Source of the DNA: Bdellovibrionales bacterium
Lineage (GTDB): Bacteria > Bdellovibrionota > Bdellovibrionia > Bdellovibrionales > UBA1609
Assembly: GCA_965237565.1 (NCBI GenBank)
Contig: OZ250145.1
Location: 443,529 to 507,528 of the forward strand
Direction of reading: 5' to 3'
Length of the DNA: 64,000 nt
The translations under genes and the position numbers were made by a program. The notes under the pieces are model-generated. The model was not told the origin of the DNA. It did no database searches and saw nothing but the letters and a program-made list of their open reading frames with translations. Positions 58,477 through 64,000 of this stretch are shown piece after piece (the stretch's first letter is position 1; each line of letters begins with the position of its first letter).

Positions 58477-59184
58477 ATGGACCCATTTTTGCATCTTCTT
58501 TGTTGTATGATGGAAAAAAACAAAAAAGAAGTGTTCAAATTGCAGATCCAGCAAATATCAAGGTGGTGGGTGCCAGCTATTATCGAATGGATTAAAAAAA
58601 GGCACTCTATTGATGTTTCTTATAGTTCACAATCTTTGCCTGCAGAATACAAAAACATGTGGTTTTATTTCAATAACCAAACCTGTTTGCCCTTGTTTGT
58701 CCAATCTCATTGTTTAGGTTCTCTCATGATTTTTCCGGCTTTGACAAAGCAACAATCTGAAAATATAAAAATTCTTGTAAACCAAAAGATAAAACAAATT
58801 GCTCTTTCGATTCGTCTAAAAAAGCCATTTCATTTACCTAAGCTAAGATGCAAAAATTTTGATCTTAAATTTCCTCTTTTGATTAAAGGAAAAACAAAAA
58901 AGGATATTTTTAATACTGCTCATGATCTTTATTTGCAAACTACTTCCATTGCTTTTTTGAGTGGAGATGAAATTCCATGGAGCAAAAAAATGTTTGAGGA
59001 AATGGCTGGAGTATTTATCTTCATTTCTTCTTTCTATAGTTTGTCACTTCGTCAGCGGGACATTTTAGGAAAGGCCTTGAAAAATCCTCTCAATTGCTTT
59101 TTGGTGTTGGGAATGATACCACAAGAGACTCCTCCTTTCCATTTCTCGTCTTTGTTGAATGACTACACATCATGCTCTGGATGA
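58477..59184 (+). CDS. hypothetical protein; possible truncated, Walker-A-less paralogue of the sigma-54 activator at 32251-33819
   Basis: 235 aa. By eye, ISRWWVPAIIEWI resembles ILKTWWQIETTII, LPLFVQSHCLGSLMIFPALTKQQSE resembles LPIQAESYFSGFIIVSGFLTEESQ, and FPLLIKGKTKKDIFNTAHDLY resembles TILIQGENGTGKELIARSIH. No GAFTGA loop and no HTH. Confidence 0.35.
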   Translation: MDPFLHLLCCMMEKNKKEVFKLQIQQISRWWVPAIIEWIKKRHSIDVSYSSQSLPAEYKNMWFYFNNQTCLPLFVQSHCLGSLMIFPALTKQQSENIKILVNQKIKQIALSIRLKKPFHLPKLRCKNFDLKFPLLIKGKTKKDIFNTAHDLYLQTTSIAFLSGDEIPWSKKMFEEMAGVFIFISSFYSLSLRQRDILGKALKNPLNCFLVLGMIPQETPPFHFSSLLNDYTSCSG

Positions 59185-59192
59185 GTGTACTG

Positions 59193-59304
59193 ACAGACTG
59201 CCAATGGGGGTTTTACTTGAGGTCCTCAAGATTCTACACGGAGACTGTCAATGGGTTTTACATAGGTCCTCAAGGTTCTACACAGACTGCCAATGGGTTT
59301 TTAT
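59193..59304. repeat. ~45-bp tandem repeat, 2.5 copies, each carrying an internal inverted repeat
   Basis: ACAGACTGCCAATGGGGGTTTTACTTGAGGTCCTCAAGATTCTAC (59193-59237), ACGGAGACTGTCAATGGGTTTTACATAGGTCCTCAAGGTTCTAC (59238-59281), ACAGACTGCCAATGGGTTTTTAT (59282-59304). Contains TTGAGGTCCTCAA. Confidence 0.9.
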
Positions 59305-59341
59305 AAAAGCTTTGTGTTTTTATCCCAGTGTTCAGGATATA

Positions 59342-60292
59342 ATGGGGCAAATGGATTTTCTATTTTCGAATCTTCCGGCGAAAAAATATCAAAAAATTCC
59401 TCTAGCTGTGGAGGGAAGCCAAAGGACTTACGTTCGCATTAAAGGAAAAAATTTTTCCTTTATTCTAGTAGACTCTCTGACAATGAAAAAGCAAAAGCAC
59501 TTTTTGCTACGATTGAAAGAGCTAAAAAGCTTAGACTTGAGAATTCCAAAACTAAAAGTTGCGGACAAACAAAAACCTTACATACTTTTAGAAGATTTGG
59601 GGGATCAAAGTCTTGAGAAGATAGTTTCTAAAAATTCCAAGTTTGTATTTTCCTATTATCAGCAAGCCATCGATCAAATAATTAACTTGCAAAAAAAAGC
59701 ACTTATTTTTTCTTGGCCTCATTTTTCTAAAAAATCTTTTTTTGAAGAAATGCTTTGGACTCAAAAGTATTTGTTAAAGCATTTTTTTTCTATAAAAATG
59801 AAAACGGTTTTTATGAAAGAGTGCCAAAAAGAGTGGAAAAGAATTTGTCAAAAGATTTCTTCCTTTTGTTTTCTTCCCTCCCATAGAGATTATCATAGTC
59901 GTAATCTCATGATTAAAAACAAAAAACTTTATATGATTGATTTTCAAGATGCTGGACTGTTCCCTCGTTTTTATGATTTGGTGAGTTTGCTGTATGATTC
60001 CTATGTGGATGTTCCAAAAAAAAAAGAATTAAAAGAGTATTTTTTCTCCCATATGCCAGCTCAAGATGCAGACAAGAAAAGCCTTCTAAAAGAATTTCAA
60101 CTCACTGCCATCCAAAGAATTTTCAAAGCTTGTGGGAGTTTTGCCAGTTTTTACGTCTTGAAAAATCAAGACACTCATCTTTCATATATACTCCCTTCTT
60201 TAAGAAGTCTTAGAAAGTTGCTCAGAGTTTATAAAGAATATCCATTTTTTCTAAGCTTAGTGAATCAAATCATAGAGAAAAAAAAGGAGTAA
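59342..60292 (+). CDS. amgK: aminoglycoside-phosphotransferase-fold sugar kinase, AmgK-like (anomeric MurNAc/GlcNAc kinase)
   Basis: I start at ATG 59342 (316 aa). Catalytic region PSHRDYHSRNLMIKNKKLYMIDFQDAG. Followed directly by a MurU-type nucleotidyltransferase, as in the amgK-murU pair. Confidence 0.7.
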   Translation: MGQMDFLFSNLPAKKYQKIPLAVEGSQRTYVRIKGKNFSFILVDSLTMKKQKHFLLRLKELKSLDLRIPKLKVADKQKPYILLEDLGDQSLEKIVSKNSKFVFSYYQQAIDQIINLQKKALIFSWPHFSKKSFFEEMLWTQKYLLKHFFSIKMKTVFMKECQKEWKRICQKISSFCFLPSHRDYHSRNLMIKNKKLYMIDFQDAGLFPRFYDLVSLLYDSYVDVPKKKELKEYFFSHMPAQDADKKSLLKEFQLTAIQRIFKACGSFASFYVLKNQDTHLSYILPSLRSLRKLLRVYKEYPFFLSLVNQIIEKKKE

Positions 60293-60296
60293 ACAT

Positions 60297-61318
60297 TTGT
60301 CTCTAAAAGCTTTTTTGCTCTGTGCAGGCGAAGGGATGCGTTTTCGTCCGCATACTAAAACTTTATCCAAGGTGCTTTTGCCCTTTTTGAATCTTCCAAT
60401 TGTTTTTCATAATTTATTTTTATTAAAAAAGTTGGGTGTGAAAAGCTATGTGAGCAATATTTGTGACTCCACTGGACTTTTAAAAAGAGAACTAAAAAAA
60501 TGCTCTGTTCAGCCTATTTCATTGGAACCTACATTTAGTATTGAGGATTTTATTTTGGGATCCGCTGGAGGGCTTCTAAAAGTTTGTTCATTTTTTGAAG
60601 GAGAAAAATATTTTTACTATTTGAATGGAGATAGTCTATTTTTTCTAGAGGATGAAGAGGCTTTAGAAAATTTTATCAAGCTCATCTACAAAGTGGGGCT
60701 CTAGCCAGTTTTTTGGTGTCTTCCACAAAAAAAGTACGATCTGTCTTGTGGGCGGATAAAAATGGGAAGATACAATCTTTTTTAAAAAAGCCAGAAGCTT
60801 CAGAAAGCAAGGCTTATGATTTTTGTGGTTTGGCTATTTTTTCCACTCAAATTTTTCATGAAATCCAAGCAAGGGACAGGCACATTTTTAAGGATGTTTT
60901 GGAATCAAAATGCGTAAAACAATATCTTCGCATTCATTGTTTATCCGGCTTGCAATCATTCAGTATGAATCGACTAGATACTTATTTAGAAGCTACTGGA
61001 CAGGGACTCTCGGAGATCTTTCATTCTTCAAAATACAGTGTGTTTTTAAAAAAAGCTCTGAATTTATTTTCTCCTCGTTGGGATCATTTTCAAGGTGTAA
61101 ACTATTTTTCTGGTACAAGAGTGTCTCAGCCTCCGGAAAAACAAACTGATTTGTTATTTTGTGGAACAAATGTAAAAGGCTTACATTTGGTGACCGTGAA
61201 AGATTTTTCTGTGCTAGGAGATCACAGCTCTATCCCTTCTCCCATTACAATGAGAAAAAGTGTGTTGAGGGAAAATCTCTCCTTGGCAAAAGACTCTGAT
61301 AAAGAATTAATTATTTAG
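60297..61318 (+). pseudogene. murU: MurU-like sugar-1-phosphate nucleotidyltransferase, split by a frameshift near 60666-60677
   Basis: ORF1 (60297-60704) has the N-terminal LKAFLLCAGEGMRFRP motif. ORF2's frame is open from 60656 and reads ...FYQAHLQSGALASFLVSSTKKVRSVLWADKNGKIQSFLKKPE.... The two join sensibly at GAAAATTTTATC (an A4T4 run), implying a 1-nt indel. Confidence 0.6.
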
Positions 61319-61334
61319 CAAAAAAGTCTGAAAA

Positions 61335-62513
61335 TTATTGCATAAATTGCTTCAGTTTTCTTTTTCTTTGGTATCTCCTATGAATCATCTCAAAAATATT
61401 GTCTTGTCCAATGCCTATTTTGTCTCCTCTATTTTTTACAAACATGTTTGCTAACTTCGAATGATTCTTATCCTTTTTTGCCAGCAAATGATCGAATTCT
61501 GTAGAAGAAGAAGGCCCTCTTCTTCCTAAGCCCCTAGCGGAAGAGCTATAGCCTGAAAATCCTCCTCCTCCAGCCGGCCCCTCTTTTACCTTCTGATTCG
61601 CATTAGCAATGGAGTTCTCATCAAATTTATTGTCTGTTGTCATTGCCTTTTGGATTTTATCTTTTAGATTTGCCATCTCGTTTTTAAAAGTTTTTTGTTG
61701 TTGTGATGTTAAAGCACCAAGCCCTGCCGTGTTTCCTCCTCCATAACTGGTTCCGTCCGGCAAGGAAATCTCTCCTTTTTCGGGGTCCCATTCCAATCCA
61801 GAGTCAGCTAAACTATCTCTGAGTCCTTTTGGGGTTAGGGGATATCCGGGATTGTTAGGATACGTAGTGATGAAAGGAGGTGGAGAACCGAAAGGGGAAA
61901 TTCCTCCATTTCCTGGACCGGCAGGAAATATGGAGCCTCCTCCATCTGGTATCTCTGGCATGCCGCCACGATATTCATTCGCAATATCATGATTATTCTT
62001 AGCTGATGAAAGCATAGAAACCCCACTTACCCCTAGGCCAGCAGCGATCGCCAACCAAGCAGCACAACAAGCAGCTGACTCTGGTCTGCCACAGCAGGCC
62101 ATCGCTTTGGATGTAGCAGCCATTGAACCACCAATTGCTACCATACCTCCCAGTTGTTGCGTAGTGGAAGCTTGATCAGCTTTTTCATTTGCTGACGTTG
62201 CAAGTCGTTCTTGTTGCTCATTATAGTCTCTGATTATTTGATTTTTTCGTTCAATTTGTTCTCTCAATTTATCTTCATCATCTGCGTATTTTTCTCTTAA
62301 ATATTGGGCTCTTCTTGCACTTTGCACTCTTGAGCAGGATTCATATATTGTTTTATCTCCGTATGGAATCTTCTCTAAAATAAGGGATTCCGTTTTGTTT
62401 GTTTGGGGGTTTGTCCACTTACACTCTGGAGGCTTATCGCTTGGAGCTGAAAATGAATAGTGAGACAAAACAAAAAAAAGAAAAATACTGAAAGTGACTA
62501 CCTTTTTTTTCAT
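61335..62513 (-). CDS. secreted Gly/Cys-rich hypothetical protein (paralogue A)
   Basis: 392 aa. Signal peptide, coiled-coil-like acidic/basic segment, glycine-zipper/Cys cluster (AMACCGRPESAACCAAWLAIAAGLGVSG), Gly/Pro-rich region, and C-terminal GGGGFSGY...IGIGQDNIFEMIHRRYQRK. Confidence 0.6.
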   Translation of the reverse strand: MKKKVVTFSIFLFFVLSHYSFSAPSDKPPECKWTNPQTNKTESLILEKIPYGDKTIYESCSRVQSARRAQYLREKYADDEDKLREQIERKNQIIRDYNEQQERLATSANEKADQASTTQQLGGMVAIGGSMAATSKAMACCGRPESAACCAAWLAIAAGLGVSGVSMLSSAKNNHDIANEYRGGMPEIPDGGGSIFPAGPGNGGISPFGSPPPFITTYPNNPGYPLTPKGLRDSLADSGLEWDPEKGEISLPDGTSYGGGNTAGLGALTSQQQKTFKNEMANLKDKIQKAMTTDNKFDENSIANANQKVKEGPAGGGGFSGYSSSARGLGRRGPSSSTEFDHLLAKKDKNHSKLANMFVKNRGDKIGIGQDNIFEMIHRRYQRKRKLKQFMQ

Positions 62514-62532
62514 CTAAAAATTTTTCCTCGTT

Positions 62533-63948
62533 TTAAAAACAATCTTTTAATCCGCCTTTTTGGCACAAATATTTAAACCGTCTGGTGATTCGTTCAAAAA
62601 TGTTTTGGTGGATTCCGCTTCCTATTCCCAAGCTGGCAGATTTTCTTTTGATTCCTTGTTGTTTTTCTAAGGCTTTCAATTTTTTTGCACTGAGGGCTAA
62701 ACTGGAGTATTTGGATTTATATTTGCCTCCTCCGTAACCTCCAAATCCACCACCACCACCCATAGAAGAGCTGTTTTCACTATTTTCAAATTCATCTTCT
62801 CTATTATTTTCTCTAGTTCTTTTTCCTCTTCCCATCCAAGGGTTACTTCCAAAACTTGTGTTTTTGCCATTTTGCAATTGGTTTGCAGAAGGAGTATCTG
62901 CTAGTTTGCCTCCATAGTTGCTTGTTGTTTTACCCAAATTCAATGGGATATCTCTTTCTCTATCAGCAGGGAATCGTCCTCCTCCTCCTTCTAAATCAGG
63001 ATTTGTTTCATCATTTGACTCATTTTCTGCTGAACCGTCTACAGTAGGTGTCAGGCCTTTTTCTTCACCCATGGGATTGCCACCCCCTAACAGGGTTTCT
63101 GGTGAATTATCTGGTTTGTCCTCTTCAAGGCCAGCACTTACTTTGCACAAAGTGGCGAAGACTGCTGAATTGATAAATTGCAAAGCATTTTTTTCCAAAT
63201 GTTTTGTATTGGCTTTTAAACTTATGCAGGTAATTTTTTTGTTTTCTATCTCATCTATATCTTTTACTAATGTTTTGCTCTTTGTTTCAAATGTTTTAAC
63301 AGTTGCTTGAGTGCATATTGTTTTTGCATCTCTATATTCTTTACACTTTTTTTCTTTTTCTGCTTTACAGTCATCTTGGCAACTAGAAATAGAGGAAAAA
63401 CATTTGAACCGTGCTGTGAAAGCGATTCCTGCTCCTGCTCCGCTCATGTATTGAACTAAAGAACAAATTTCTTTGCTATCTTTCCCGCTAAACGCAGGGC
63501 CTATTGCGGTTCCTACAGTACTCGCTATTTGATTGATCGTTTGAATTGTCTCTAAGCTACTCGACCCTAAACATGTCATAGGGTCTCCACAGCAAGTTTT
63601 TGCGTCTTTATAGCTTGTTTTGCAGGTTTTCGGTGGAGTTACTGTTCCGCTACTTCCCGAGGCGGTATTCGGTGTTCCGTTACTTCCCGAGGCGGTATTC
63701 GGTGTTCCGTTACTTCCCGAGGCGGTATTCGGTGTTCCGTTACTTCCCGAGGCGGTATTCGGTGTTCCGTTACTTCCCGAGGCGGTATTCGGTGTTCCGT
63801 TACTTCCCGAGGCGGTACTAGATCCACCTTCCTGTGCACATACGCTTTCTAATTCTGAATTGGAACAAGTCTCTCCCCAAACTTTTCCGCTTTCTAGATG
63901 AAAAGAATAAATGAAAAACAAACTAAGAAAGGACAGTAAATTTTTCAT
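62533..63948 (-). CDS. secreted Cys-rich repeat protein (paralogue B) with a (ASGSNGTPNT)n tract
   Basis: ATG 63948 is preferred (MKNLLSFLSLFFIYSF, a signal peptide); the track start is GTG 63963. Five to six exact ASGSNGTPNT decapeptides, many Cys, and C-terminal GGGGGFGGYGGG...LGIGSGIHQNIFERITRRFKYL, similar to paralogue A. Confidence 0.6.
   Translation of the reverse strand: MKNLLSFLSLFFIYSFHLESGKVWGETCSNSELESVCAQEGGSSTASGSNGTPNTASGSNGTPNTASGSNGTPNTASGSNGTPNTASGSNGTPNTASGSSGTVTPPKTCKTSYKDAKTCCGDPMTCLGSSSLETIQTINQIASTVGTAIGPAFSGKDSKEICSLVQYMSGAGAGIAFTARFKCFSSISSCQDDCKAEKEKKCKEYRDAKTICTQATVKTFETKSKTLVKDIDEIENKKITCISLKANTKHLEKNALQFINSAVFATLCKVSAGLEEDKPDNSPETLLGGGNPMGEEKGLTPTVDGSAENESNDETNPDLEGGGGRFPADRERDIPLNLGKTTSNYGGKLADTPSANQLQNGKNTSFGSNPWMGRGKRTRENNREDEFENSENSSSMGGGGGFGGYGGGKYKSKYSSLALSAKKLKALEKQQGIKRKSASLGIGSGIHQNIFERITRRFKYLCQKGGLKDCF
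63635..63817. repeat. 30-bp perfect in-frame tandem repeat, ~6 copies, inside the CDS
   Basis: TACTTCCCGAGGCGGTATTCGGTGTTCCGT repeated exactly at 63651, 63681, 63711, 63741 and 63771, with partial copies at both ends. Confidence 0.95.
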
Positions 63949-64000
63949 TATTGTTTTGAACACATCAAACGTTTCGGTGAAAGGCCTGCAATCTTTAGGT

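Noticed and set aside
47081-63817. Whether any of the tandem repeats (15, 30, 39 or 45 bp) could be a CRISPR array.
   Set aside because: All are head-to-tail repeats with no unique spacers between units, and no cas genes are present. They are not CRISPR.
63600-63901. Plus-strand track ORFs (63600-63821, 63620-63901) and minus-strand ORF 63639-63839, all with striking repeat peptides (RYFPRRYSVF..., LLPEAVFGVP..., PPREVTEHRI...).
   Set aside because: They are alternative-frame or antisense readings of the 30-bp VNTR inside the 62533-63948 CDS. Only the frame giving a signal peptide plus ASGSNGTPNT repeats continues into a long coherent protein.
63964-64000. TTGCA upstream of the secreted-protein operon as a possible sigma-54 -12 element.
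   Set aside because: The base at the required -24 position is not G. The rest of the -24 region is off the window edge, so the site is unsupported.

Overview
AT-rich (by eye roughly mid-30s % GC, not computed) chromosomal segment around the replication origin of a Gram-negative bacterium. Gene content and the TTTTCCACA-type DnaA boxes in the dnaA-dnaN spacer suggest a Bdellovibrionota/Oligoflexia-like lineage, but no taxon can be proven without a search.

Most of the window is a housekeeping backbone:
- Origin and replication: mnmE-jag-yidC-yidD-rnpA-rpmH divergent from dnaA-dnaN-(decayed recF)-gyrB-gyrA; also dnaB and ftsK.
- Energy and central metabolism: a split atpZ-atpB-atpE module, etfAB, a three-subunit sdhCAB, mdh-sucCD-ndk, a transaldolase-family gene and nadE.
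- Envelope and biosynthesis: PMM/PGM, pdxA preceded by three SurA/PpiC-type chaperone paralogues, dapAB, uppP, a trans-sulfuration PLP enzyme, a pilF-like TPR lipoprotein with rodZ, and amgK with a frameshifted murU.
- Other: rpsF-rplI, an FHA protein, a sigma-54 activator, tRNA-Phe and a Ser/Thr kinase.

The accessory-looking part is a Tad/Flp pilus locus (48.2-56.3 kb) with unusual architecture:
- CpaE and CpaF are fused in one 749-aa ORF.
- Only one TadB/C-type platform gene lies in the locus, while an orphan TadB/TadC-like pair sits 10 kb away.
- A 306-aa protein with a Flp-type leader is encoded divergently.
- A YD-repeat secreted protein lies immediately downstream.

Other signals worth follow-up:
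- A strand-asymmetric array of about 10 GGA motifs next to tRNA-Phe, a candidate CsrA-titrating RNA.
- A 39-bp tandem repeat that duplicates a sigma-54 -24/-12-like element.
- A 77-aa protein made almost entirely of Lys/Arg repeats.
- Perfect tandem repeats of 15 bp and 30 bp and a near-perfect 45-bp tandem repeat.
- Two paralogous Gly/Cys-rich secreted proteins.
- Signs of gene decay (recF, murU).

No CRISPR array, transposase, integrase or recognisable defence system was seen. All calls rest on reading the translations and DNA by eye. Start codons are approximate and no database search was possible.
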